Positions 28,690 through 38,042 of a DNA stretch of 64,000 nt are shown one piece after another; the first letter of the stretch is position 1, and each line of letters begins with the position of its first letter. The position numbers and the translations under genes were made by a program. The DNA lies in IMG/VR virus record IMGVR_UViG_3300042891_001399. One strand, written 5' to 3'. This stretch comes from an uncultured virus (IMG/VR IMGVR_UViG_3300042891_001399) (taxonomy: Duplodnaviria; Heunggongvirae; Uroviricota; Caudoviricetes). The notes beneath the pieces were generated by a model that made no database searches, was not told the origin of the DNA, and saw only the letters and a list, made by a program, of their open reading frames with translations.

Positions 28690-30564
28690 ATATCTGAGAT
28701 AAATTTCTTCTGGGAATAAAGAGTAGTCAAAAATATAAGCGGCTTTCATCATGTTTCTTAATATACCTTCTGACCTAAATATAGTGAATTTCTTTTCATT
28801 TCCTGAGAAAGTCTCAATTATTGTTCTAGCAAGTGTATTTATAGTTAAACTACTAACATGTCTATAAGGATTAGATATAGGATAAGTTGTTGGATAAGCT
28901 TTAATTGTTAAAAACATATCTTCTTCAGTTGGCATATTATCTTTATGTACTCCCCAGAAAACACCTCTAACATTTGAATTCCAAACACTATTATTTTTGA
29001 TAGCCGATTTTATTTCATCGGTTATCTCAAAATCTTTCATTAGATTTTTCAAATCTTCTTTCACTTTTTGAACCAAAGCATTGTTGGCGCTCTTAACATC
29101 TGTAGGATTACCATTTCTATCAGTGTTTTTATCATCTAATACAATACCTAATTTTTCAGCTATTGTTTTATCTAAGTATTTACTATATTCAACTTTATCC
29201 TCACCTACTTTTTCATCTTTGAAATGATACTCACCAGTGAATGGATCTTTAATATAATTTTCTCTTAGGAAGTATTTAGTCTCACCAACCACAACTTCTT
29301 CTATATAAAGATCTTTTCTACTTTTAACACCCCAATCTGTGTTACCATCAGAATCCATTTCTATTTCTATAACATTTTCATTATCAGGATATAGTGTATC
29401 ACTCATTATTTCAGAATAAACACAATCATCCATAAAGAAGTGTTCAGCATGATATTCAGACCAAACAACATCATCGGTCGGTGCTGCCCAAACATCTTTA
29501 TATTCTAAATATCTAGCAGAATCTCTATTTAACCAACTATCAACATTGGTACAATACACAGCATTTTCTCTATTTATATACTCATCATCCCAATCTGAGT
29601 AAACAGCATCCTCTGCCCTAAACCCACCTTGAGTATCTTGAATACTTATATAACCTTGACCGGGCCATAAATCCTCATCACCTCTTAAAATTTTAGTTGT
29701 TGGGTTGTAAACAACTAAGGTGTCCATATAAGGATACTTTTCATAAGTATGATCACCTAATTTAACTTCTAAATCTAAACTACTATTACCATCATATGAA
29801 CTTTCTATTTTATTAATTCTAGCATAATCTTGAAATAGTAATTTATCCGAATCATTTATAGTATAAATTCTATCCATGTAATAATTACCATCTGTTAGTT
29901 TCCAAATTAAAGCACGACCGGTAATCTTATTTTTATCATCATCTGATTTTAATATAAGAAGTTGACAAACCTCAGGATTTTTAACATAAATATCAAAAAA
30001 GTCTTGACAGTTGCGATATCTCATACAAGAGTTTCCTAATTGACCTCTTTCTTGTTCATAGTTGTCTTTTAAGTACCATTTTCTAATATCATCACCACTA
30101 ACTAATTCAAATTTAGTAAGATCCTCACCATCAATAGCGGCTTTATATAAATTAACAAACTCTTCAATTTTAGAATCAAGTATTGTTGATTTATGAACTT
30201 CGGTAAATATTCTTCTAGTCCATCTACCAATACCTATATCCGTTCTTGCTTTAGTCCAAAATTCACTACCTCTTTTCTTATCTCTAATATTATAAGGTAA
30301 TGTTTCTCCTAAATCTGGATTGGCTCTAGTTATTCTATTGACTTGTATTAATGAGATTGTATCATTCTTTTCGGTGATATCAATTAAAGTATAAATATCA
30401 AGCATTTGATTAGAATCTTCTGATGATAATAAAGCTTGAGCGATGCTAGACTTATTTTGAATTCTTCTTAATATATTTCTAAATTCATCTGAGTAATAAA
30501 GTCTCATTTCTTGCTTAGCAACAGCCTCAAAAATAAAGTCTAAGTAGTTTGATAAAAATCTCAT
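28672..30564 (-). CDS. Uncharacterised SCM...RALxW...MDRxY family protein with leader (paralog of 12465-13592)
   Basis: MRFLSNYLDFIFEA; LGNSCMR, GRALIWKL, YMDRIYT, YPYMDT; repeated AVYS/VVWS/CVYS units. Confidence 0.8.
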   Translation of the reverse strand: MRFLSNYLDFIFEAVAKQEMRLYYSDEFRNILRRIQNKSSIAQALLSSEDSNQMLDIYTLIDITEKNDTISLIQVNRITRANPDLGETLPYNIRDKKRGSEFWTKARTDIGIGRWTRRIFTEVHKSTILDSKIEEFVNLYKAAIDGEDLTKFELVSGDDIRKWYLKDNYEQERGQLGNSCMRYRNCQDFFDIYVKNPEVCQLLILKSDDDKNKITGRALIWKLTDGNYYMDRIYTINDSDKLLFQDYARINKIESSYDGNSSLDLEVKLGDHTYEKYPYMDTLVVYNPTTKILRGDEDLWPGQGYISIQDTQGGFRAEDAVYSDWDDEYINRENAVYCTNVDSWLNRDSARYLEYKDVWAAPTDDVVWSEYHAEHFFMDDCVYSEIMSDTLYPDNENVIEIEMDSDGNTDWGVKSRKDLYIEEVVVGETKYFLRENYIKDPFTGEYHFKDEKVGEDKVEYSKYLDKTIAEKLGIVLDDKNTDRNGNPTDVKSANNALVQKVKEDLKNLMKDFEITDEIKSAIKNNSVWNSNVRGVFWGVHKDNMPTEEDMFLTIKAYPTTYPISNPYRHVSSLTINTLARTIIETFSGNEKKFTIFRSEGILRNMMKAAYIFDYSLFPEEIYLRYLFITV

Positions 30565-30621
30565 ATTGTATATATTAAGTTTGAAGTTTTAATATATAGA
30601 TTATAAATTAAATTTCATTAA

Positions 30622-30999
30622 ATGGCTATATATGATGTAAAATATAATCCGAGTTTGGCTTACATACCAGGAGCAACACAAATAGGAACATTAGCGGTTG
30701 CTATTGGTCAAGTTGACTATTCAACCGGTGGTTGGTATGGTGGTGTGGATGATAGTTTAGGCTATGTAATCTATTCAGATACAAGCTCTACTAATTTAGC
30801 TGGTAGACAAGCAGGTAGTGGAAGTTCAACGGCTCAAGCATTGAGACCAACATTCTTTAGAAGTAAAGGTAAAACAGATGGTGCTTTATTAGAATTAATA
30901 AACAGATTACCAGGAAACACTCAATCATTTAATAATATAAACGACGCAAGAGCATGGGTAAATAGTTCAGGTAATTTAGGAACTTTTGAATCTTTGTAA
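30622..30999 (+). CDS. Putative small virion protein
   Basis: Gly/Ser/Thr-rich, TAATATATA at 30590, no leader. Confidence 0.6.
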   Translation: MAIYDVKYNPSLAYIPGATQIGTLAVAIGQVDYSTGGWYGGVDDSLGYVIYSDTSSTNLAGRQAGSGSSTAQALRPTFFRSKGKTDGALLELINRLPGNTQSFNNINDARAWVNSSGNLGTFESL

Positions 31000-31080
31000 T
31001 ACAAACGGATCCTGCCACACAAACAGTAACATCGGCTTCACCATTTGTTTATGCTTCGCCAATATCAATTTCATTCTCAT
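30976..31080 (-). CDS. Possible 34-aa peptide MRMKLILAKHKQMVKPMLLFVWQDPFVLQRFKSS
   Basis: Fills an otherwise unexplained, less AT-rich gap; below the ORF-track cutoff; unverified. Confidence 0.3.
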   Translation of the reverse strand: MRMKLILAKHKQMVKPMLLFVWQDPFVLQRFKSS

Positions 31081-31095
31081 AATATTAAATAAAAC

Positions 31096-31127
31096 AAAAA
31101 ACCCACTCAAATTGAGTGGGTTTTTTT
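31096..31127. terminator. Bidirectional terminator, CCACTCAA family
   Basis: A6-CCCACTCAA-A-TTGAGTGGG-T7. Confidence 0.85.
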
Positions 31128-31146
31128 ATTTCTTATAAAATTAAAA

Positions 31147-32223
31147 TTATAACTTAATTCCTTTTTTAGGTTTTTTCTTATTACCTAAAATTTCTTTAGA
31201 TGTTTTAGTTAAGTATTTAGTTTGTCTTTTGAATTGATTGGCATAATCATCCTGTCTTTGGTCAGGACCTTGTGGGTTTAACTGAGCCGCCATATTTCCA
31301 AACTGTGTAAATTTAAGAACTGATGATTCTAAACCTGGTGTTTGTTCAGAACCTTCATTAACTTTAGACTCCATATTTCTAACTGTTTTAGTTATATTTT
31401 CTGGATTTTTAGTTCCTTTTACTGTAAATTCAACAATATTAGGGAATCTTTCTTTTGATAAGTTAGAATACAAATCTTCAATGTGTTTAACATTTTTTAA
31501 ATCATCATCAGAAAAACCAATTTTTGCTTTAAGACCTCTCTTAGCAGCAAAATCATTAATCTTTTGTTGGAATTCTAAAAGAGCTTCCTCTTTAGCTTTC
31601 TCTGGATTTGCAGGGGAACCACCTCTTGAAGGCGCAGAAACACCAACATACTCACAGTTATCTAAATACTCTTTAACCAATTTATTTTCTGATGGTTTAC
31701 CAACTAAAACTTTTTCTTGTGACTCACCTCTATCAGCAGAAAAATGGTAAGCATACATCATAAGATGATTATACATATTATAAACTTGGTCCTCGGTTAA
31801 AACATTATCAATAATCCACTCAATACCTTTTCTCATTGTTTCTGACTCATGTCCACGAGCAGTAATGATAGCAAATAAAGAGCCACTTGATAAACATTCC
31901 ATAAAGTCATTCCAAGCCGGTCCTAATTTACCAGAAGATATAGCTTTTTTAGCATCTTCTAAAAAGATTGTTGGGCCAAATGGTCCATTGTCTCTAAAAT
32001 TAGAGAAAGCATCTTCGGATAGTCTATAATTATCTTTATCAGATCTAACTTCTGCAAACTTTGCAGTAGAAACATCTTCAGGAACCCACTCATCACCTTC
32101 TTTTCTTTCCATATGGATTGAAGTAGGCATGTAAAGTATATTATCATCCCAATCAAAGGCATAATATAGTAGGTAATCAGAAGGACCACTTTCTGATATA
32201 AACTGATTAAATTTCTTAACCAT
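31147..32223 (-). CDS. HAD-superfamily phosphatase-like protein with leader
   Basis: MVKKFNQFISES; motif I FDWDDNI, motif II ITARG, motif III K, motif IV GFSDDD. Confidence 0.7.
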   Translation of the reverse strand: MVKKFNQFISESGPSDYLLYYAFDWDDNILYMPTSIHMERKEGDEWVPEDVSTAKFAEVRSDKDNYRLSEDAFSNFRDNGPFGPTIFLEDAKKAISSGKLGPAWNDFMECLSSGSLFAIITARGHESETMRKGIEWIIDNVLTEDQVYNMYNHLMMYAYHFSADRGESQEKVLVGKPSENKLVKEYLDNCEYVGVSAPSRGGSPANPEKAKEEALLEFQQKINDFAAKRGLKAKIGFSDDDLKNVKHIEDLYSNLSKERFPNIVEFTVKGTKNPENITKTVRNMESKVNEGSEQTPGLESSVLKFTQFGNMAAQLNPQGPDQRQDDYANQFKRQTKYLTKTSKEILGNKKKPKKGIKL

Positions 32224-32232
32224 TGTTAAAAA

Positions 32233-32553
32233 TTACTTCTTTTTATTGATAAATGATTGAAAAGACTCTAAAGCTCTTCCTTCGTTATCATCATCATCAT
32301 CATCTTCTTCTAACTCGTCTTGAATTTCATCTTGAATTTCATCTTGAGATTCTTCACCACCAAAGTCTTCTTCTTCACCACCAAAATCATCAAATGATCT
32401 GATACCTTCTTCACCTTGAGCTTCTTCGCCTTCAGTAAGTTCTAAAGAAAATTCTTCAACTGTTTCGTCATCTTTCATAGCAGTAACTGTTACTAATTCT
32501 TCAGTCTCGTTGATAACTATTTGATAACCTTTAATTTCTATTGTAGTTTTCAT
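32233..32553 (-). CDS. Highly acidic small protein
   Basis: DFGGEE x2, QDEI repeats; leader-like IRSFDDF and LESFQSFIN; TAATATATA at 32574. Confidence 0.7.
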   Translation of the reverse strand: MKTTIEIKGYQIVINETEELVTVTAMKDDETVEEFSLELTEGEEAQGEEGIRSFDDFGGEEEDFGGEESQDEIQDEIQDELEEDDDDDDNEGRALESFQSFINKKK

Positions 32554-32667
32554 AATATTTTATTATTTTTTAGTATATATTAAATATGTAACCTCATATT
32601 TTCTCTTTTATACATGTAATAAACTTTTAGCCTATTATTTAATAAAAAACAAAAACACCTTAGATAG

Positions 32668-33324
32668 ATGAATGATTTTAGAAAATATGCAATACAAAGT
32701 ATTGGTGGAACAAAGTTTGATGATTACTTTAGAAAAGTAAATAAGAAAAATATGACTACTCATATGATAGAGTCAAATGGGTTATCAGTGGATGTTTTTT
32801 CAAAACTATTAGATGATAGAATTATTTTCTTATCAGATGAAATAGATTCGGATGTTTGTAATATTATTAAAGCTCAATTACTTTACTTAGAAAGTGAAAG
32901 TGATGAAGATATTAAAATCTATATAGACAGCCCTGGTGGTTCCGTTTATTCTGGACTAGGATTGTTAGATGTAATGGATTTTGTCACACCAGACATTGTT
33001 ACAATCAATACTGGGTTAGCTGCATCAATGGGTGCTGTAATACTTTGTTCAGGTGCTAAAGGTAAAAGAAGAGCACTAAAAAGAAGTAGAACAATGATTC
33101 ATCAACCAATGAGCTACGGTGGTTATGTGCAACAAGCATCTGATATGGAGATTGAAGCAAAAGAAATTAACTCACTTAAAAAAGAATTATATGAAATCAT
33201 CTCAGATAGAAGTGGTCAATCATATGATAGAGTTAGTAAAGATGGGGATAGAGATTATTGGATGACTGCTATTGATGCTAAGAAATACGGAATGATTGAT
33301 GAAATCGTTGCAAAAAGAAAATAA
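32668..33324 (+). CDS. clpP: ATP-dependent Clp protease proteolytic subunit
   Basis: DVFSKLLDDRIIFL, YIDSPGG, GLAASMG (Ser), MIHQP (His), DRDYWM (Asp). Confidence 0.95.
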   Translation: MNDFRKYAIQSIGGTKFDDYFRKVNKKNMTTHMIESNGLSVDVFSKLLDDRIIFLSDEIDSDVCNIIKAQLLYLESESDEDIKIYIDSPGGSVYSGLGLLDVMDFVTPDIVTINTGLAASMGAVILCSGAKGKRRALKRSRTMIHQPMSYGGYVQQASDMEIEAKEINSLKKELYEIISDRSGQSYDRVSKDGDRDYWMTAIDAKKYGMIDEIVAKRK

Positions 33325-33329
33325 TATCT

Positions 33330-33761
33330 ATGATACAAGTTTCACAACTAAGTAAAGAAGAAAGAGTTAAAGAAATATACATGGAAGTTAATAAGAAAAT
33401 GGGAAATTCTATGACGTTTTTACCAACTCAATCAATAATAGAACCATCTACTTTAATTCAAATAATTGAATCAATAGAAGATAGAATTTATTTTATATCA
33501 GAGTCGCCCGCATTTGAGTTTAGGGGTAGAAATTATACTTGCCAACAATGTAAATGTGATACAATTGAGGATTTTAAGTCCTTGATGAATACTCATTCAA
33601 ATGAATTCTATATACTTTATAGTATTATGTTAAACCCAGGTGTCATCTCAAATGCTCCTGGAATTTCTCAATCTCAATCTTATATGATTAGAGGTATATT
33701 TGTGGAAGATCCTTTAATTAAAAGAGAACAAATAATAAATCAAATATTAAATGAAAACTAA
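33330..33761 (+). CDS. Hypothetical protein with C-terminal tag
   Basis: Ends IKREQIINQILNEN. Confidence 0.7.
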   Translation: MIQVSQLSKEERVKEIYMEVNKKMGNSMTFLPTQSIIEPSTLIQIIESIEDRIYFISESPAFEFRGRNYTCQQCKCDTIEDFKSLMNTHSNEFYILYSIMLNPGVISNAPGISQSQSYMIRGIFVEDPLIKREQIINQILNEN

Positions 33762-34467
33762 TATTAAAGTATTTTATCATGTTCTTTTAGAAAATCATTG
33801 GTATGCAATAGTTAAAGAACAGTTAGATAAAATTAAAAACTCAGGACTAATAGATAACACCTCTGAATTTTATATAACACTATCCACACCTGAAAATATT
33901 GATGTGAAAGAAAAAAGTAAAAGAATACAATTTTTTTATGATCATTTTCTAAATTATGTTTATCCGGAAGATATGTTCTATAATAAAAAATTTAAAATTT
34001 TAACTTGTAATAAATTAGAATTTGAATATCCAACATTAGAAAAAGCGGTAGAAATATCAAAAGATTCAAAAGACTTTACTGGCTTCTATCTTCACACAAA
34101 AGGTACATCTAAACCAGATTGTGAAAAAGACCATTGGAGAGACGGATTAAATGTTGGGTGTATAGACCATTGGATTGAAAATGTGAATATGATTGAATCT
34201 GGTTATGATATGAGTGGTGCCAATCATTTTAAAACTAACCCACATTCAAGTGATTATAAACAATTTTATAGTGGTAATTTTTTCTTTTTTAGTCCAGAAT
34301 TTTTTTCAACCGTTGACTTTTCAATAATTGATAAGTCTAATAGATATTACGCTGAATCAATATACGGAATATATTATGAACCAAAATGTTATAATGTTGG
34401 TTATTTGGGATCAAACACTCCGTTTTTTAAATCAAATGATGTTTTAAGAAAAAGAATAACACTTTAA
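33751..34467 (+). CDS. Hypothetical protein, possibly glycosyltransferase-like (YLHTKG...SGNF family)
   Basis: FEYPTL, FYLHTKG, YSGNFFF, RYYAE motifs; function uncertain. Confidence 0.5.
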   Translation: MKTNIKVFYHVLLENHWYAIVKEQLDKIKNSGLIDNTSEFYITLSTPENIDVKEKSKRIQFFYDHFLNYVYPEDMFYNKKFKILTCNKLEFEYPTLEKAVEISKDSKDFTGFYLHTKGTSKPDCEKDHWRDGLNVGCIDHWIENVNMIESGYDMSGANHFKTNPHSSDYKQFYSGNFFFFSPEFFSTVDFSIIDKSNRYYAESIYGIYYEPKCYNVGYLGSNTPFFKSNDVLRKRITL

Positions 34468-34485
34468 TTTTTAATATATAAAGAG

Positions 34486-35166
34486 ATGAAAAAATTCTCT
34501 AAACTTATATTAGAATCTAAAAGTGAGACTCGTGAAATGAGTCCTCTTACAAATCCTGTTGATTGGGATGAAATATTCAAGCCTTTGATAGAACATATTG
34601 AAAATAACCTTCAATCAAAAGTACAAGGTCCAGGAAGTGCTGTTTTTACAAGTAAAACAAAAGGACTTCTTGATCAATTTATTGACCAAGTAGAAGAAGA
34701 TTATAAAGACTATTTTCAATATGAAATACACGATGGTTCTCAAGAATCATTTTTACAAGCATTTAACATAAATGTTGATTATAGAGATATAATGGATTGT
34801 ATTCAACCTTTACTAGACAGAACAGATGATGTTGAAGATTCTGGTAATTTTGAACTGGGTGCTTTTGTTATTGATATAGTTAGTATTAAATACAATACAA
34901 ACGAAGAAATAGTTGAAGATTTATTAGATATTCAAGGTAAGTTAAAAATGTTAGATGCTGATTTTACTATGCAAGTTAAAAAATCTAGAGGTCCTAGAGA
35001 AACAGCGACTATATCATTAACAAAGACTTCGGTTGATGTTGATACTTTGTTCTTAAATGGATTATTAGAAGGAGAGAAGATATCTAATGTTATAATCTAT
35101 GTTTATAACAGTAAAACTGTTCACAAAAATTGGAATTTTTATGCTATTCCGGGGCAATGGATTTAG
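34486..35166 (+). CDS. Hypothetical protein with leader
   Basis: MKKFSKLILES; TAATATATA 5 nt from the ATG. Confidence 0.7.
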   Translation: MKKFSKLILESKSETREMSPLTNPVDWDEIFKPLIEHIENNLQSKVQGPGSAVFTSKTKGLLDQFIDQVEEDYKDYFQYEIHDGSQESFLQAFNINVDYRDIMDCIQPLLDRTDDVEDSGNFELGAFVIDIVSIKYNTNEEIVEDLLDIQGKLKMLDADFTMQVKKSRGPRETATISLTKTSVDVDTLFLNGLLEGEKISNVIIYVYNSKTVHKNWNFYAIPGQWI

Positions 35167-35167
35167 A

Positions 35168-35863
35168 TTAATCTACTTTCTTTAGAACTTTCTTAATGAT
35201 TTCCATTTTCTTTTGACCATCTTCACCTTTGAATCTATCCCAGGCACCAAATACTCCAAAAGCAAAACAGTCAGCAAACTCTTCTCTTGGATTTCTAGAA
35301 GTGTATTTTCTACAGAAGTCAGCATCTTCTTTGTAAATCCAATTTGACCTTTTAGGACCCGCTATTTCTCTACCTTTTCTTTTCTCAACATATCTAACAT
35401 ATCCTTCGGGAACCGGCTTATCTCTATCTAATCTTTTCCAACCAGAAATAGCCTGCCAAGTTTTAGAATAAGAAACTCTCTCAATGTGGTCAACACAATG
35501 ACCTATCTCATGAACAATAACAAATTCTTTATAAGGAACATCTTTATTTCCGTTTTCAAATTCTTTCTTAAATTTGAAGATAGATGGGTTAAGAGTCATG
35601 TGTTTTTTTGTTTTAGTTTCACTCCATCTACCGTGAACACCGCCTAAATCATCAAGTATTATTTTTTGAATTTTATTCTTAATGAATTTTTTATCAAAGA
35701 ATTCAAAAGCACTTTCAATAAGTTTTATTTGATTAACATCAAACTTTTCATCTAATTCAGTACCATACTTTTTCTTAAAAGCATCAATCATTTCTTGAGC
35801 TTTGTTGGTTGATTTTTCTTCTTTTTTAGATTCAAATAATTGAAAGTTCTTTAAGTGTTTCAT
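35168..35863 (-). CDS. Zincin-like metallopeptidase with leader
   Basis: MKHLKNFQLFES; VHEIGH (HEXXH) and downstream YTSRNPREEFAD. Confidence 0.75.
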   Translation of the reverse strand: MKHLKNFQLFESKKEEKSTNKAQEMIDAFKKKYGTELDEKFDVNQIKLIESAFEFFDKKFIKNKIQKIILDDLGGVHGRWSETKTKKHMTLNPSIFKFKKEFENGNKDVPYKEFVIVHEIGHCVDHIERVSYSKTWQAISGWKRLDRDKPVPEGYVRYVEKRKGREIAGPKRSNWIYKEDADFCRKYTSRNPREEFADCFAFGVFGAWDRFKGEDGQKKMEIIKKVLKKVD

Positions 35864-35888
35864 TAGAAGTATATATTAAGTGAAAGAT

Positions 35889-38009
35889 TTATTTTTTATC
35901 AACAACAACTAATTTAGTTTCAATTTGATATTTTGAAACAATCAAGCTTTCTAAATTTCTTAGCATTTCTTCAACTAAAGAATTAACCACTTCACTTCCT
36001 CCACCGGTAGGTTGTCCTGAAATAGGACCGATCGTAGCACCATCTGGGAAACCAGATATAATACCAGTAGCGGTATATAAAGGACCTTGTTTAGTAATAT
36101 TTACTCTACCAGAAATTTTCTTACCAGCCTCAGATACAGCATTTAATATAGCAATAGTAAATTCTGTTGGACTGGAAGTTGAAGAGCCTTGAGCATTACC
36201 TTGAGTTCCTATATTTTGAGTAGAACTCTGTGTAGCCGAAGTTGTATTAGAACTTTGAATACCACTTGGTTGAGGTGTAGAGCTTTGAGTAGCTGTAGAT
36301 TGATCAACCTGACTTTGCGTAGGACTTAAATTATCACCTGTTTTATTAGCATCAACGGCTTTTACAGCTTCATCCCAATCATTCTTAGTTGCTAAAGTAT
36401 AAGTAAATTTATTATCATATTTTTCTTTGTGTTTTTCACAATATCCAAAGAACTCATTTAAGTTATCCGCATTTGAGAATACTTGAGAGCCTTCTGACCA
36501 GTTTCCAACTTTTTGACCACCAGGATAACCTAAGTGAAATTTAAGACCATTATCCGTAAGAATATTAGGTGTTATTAATTCGGGTTTTGAATAATTATTT
36601 GGACTAAATACATCTGGATTATCTGTATCACTATCTCTCCAAACTAATTGAGTAGCACCATTTATTGTTAAAAATGCTTTAGCTCCTTTATATTGAGATA
36701 GATAATAAAGATCAATATATTGAGAAGGAACTAAAATAGGCAAACCATTTTTTAAATTAGGATCTCCATTAATTGTACCTGCTGTTTTTGCATATTCTTT
36801 CATAAATATTTTTTTACCACTTGAACCAACCCAAGGTTTAACATTTGTAAGATTTTTCTCAGCCAACCAACTATCAGTTATGGTAAACTCAAGACCGGGT
36901 ACAGTTGAAATCATATATTGTTTTAATTCCCAAGAACCATCATCTTTCTTAAACATCGCGTATAATCTATCAGAAAAAGAATCCGTATATTTATCACCAA
37001 TTGATTGACATTGATTTCTAATAGCAACTATATTCAACTTCATTGGATCCTCATAAAGAATATAGTTTTTCATACTTAATAACTCTTTAACAATTTCCAC
37101 ATCTGGATTATCTTTAGGCTTTGGCACAGATGTTGTTGCGCCGGCAACTGGAGCAACCGATTGTGTAGGAGCTAAAGGTGCGTTAGCAGGTGGTTGGTCA
37201 AATGTAGTATCAGTTGAACCTTCTGTTGCTTTGAAATTAACAGGTTCTTTAGAAGTTATCTCATTGTCTTTAACAGTAGATACCCAAGTATCACCTTTTT
37301 GACCTTCAGCAACTCTATCTAATTTAGCAACATTCTCATTATCAACAGCATAAACATTCTTAGATAAAAACTTAGGATCTTTTAATTGTTGATATAGTTG
37401 TAAACTACCTAGTAATGCAGGAGTTGCTATAACTGGTGCGCCTAAGTTACCTAAGAAAGGACCACCTTTAGAGCCCATTAGAATACCAACAAAGTCATCA
37501 AACCAATTTAAGAAGTTATCACCTAAGATAGTTCTTTGAGTTGAATTAGCAGTACCTAAATTGATTTTACCAAAGTTATCTTTTAAATTAATATCAATAG
37601 ATTTATCTTTAATATTAATTAAATTAAACTTATGGTCTAATTTAAGACCCTCACTATCATTAACATAAACTTGTGTTTTATGATCAAAAATAAGAGATTT
37701 ACTTGTTAAGTAATCAGACTCACTTAGTTGTGATAATTTTTTTTCTAAATTAACATTATAGTGGTCTGAAAAAATAAATTCTGGGTTATTTGTATCAGCA
37801 TCTTCAAATACAACAGTAACAACTTTTCCTTTGTCAGGAAGAGCAAAATGATCTCCTGATAAATCTTTCCAAGGATTAGCCCAAGGTATATCTTCAAGTG
37901 GTGTATTATCAAATACGTCTAATACACGAACTTTAACTCTTCCCATTTTCTTAGGATCGTTATTATCTTCTACTATACCAACATAAGTTTTACCACTTTG
38001 AATTTTCAT
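35889..38009 (-). CDS. gp5-like baseplate hub/spike protein with YkuD-like domain
   Basis: N-terminal gp5 OB-fold GIVEDNNDPKKMGRVKVRV...IPWA.P...LP; internal NIVAIRN...H...NWSEGSQVF. Confidence 0.8.
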   Translation of the reverse strand: MKIQSGKTYVGIVEDNNDPKKMGRVKVRVLDVFDNTPLEDIPWANPWKDLSGDHFALPDKGKVVTVVFEDADTNNPEFIFSDHYNVNLEKKLSQLSESDYLTSKSLIFDHKTQVYVNDSEGLKLDHKFNLINIKDKSIDINLKDNFGKINLGTANSTQRTILGDNFLNWFDDFVGILMGSKGGPFLGNLGAPVIATPALLGSLQLYQQLKDPKFLSKNVYAVDNENVAKLDRVAEGQKGDTWVSTVKDNEITSKEPVNFKATEGSTDTTFDQPPANAPLAPTQSVAPVAGATTSVPKPKDNPDVEIVKELLSMKNYILYEDPMKLNIVAIRNQCQSIGDKYTDSFSDRLYAMFKKDDGSWELKQYMISTVPGLEFTITDSWLAEKNLTNVKPWVGSSGKKIFMKEYAKTAGTINGDPNLKNGLPILVPSQYIDLYYLSQYKGAKAFLTINGATQLVWRDSDTDNPDVFSPNNYSKPELITPNILTDNGLKFHLGYPGGQKVGNWSEGSQVFSNADNLNEFFGYCEKHKEKYDNKFTYTLATKNDWDEAVKAVDANKTGDNLSPTQSQVDQSTATQSSTPQPSGIQSSNTTSATQSSTQNIGTQGNAQGSSTSSPTEFTIAILNAVSEAGKKISGRVNITKQGPLYTATGIISGFPDGATIGPISGQPTGGGSEVVNSLVEEMLRNLESLIVSKYQIETKLVVVDKK

Positions 38010-38042
38010 AAAGTTATATATAAAAAAGTGCTACTTTGGATA

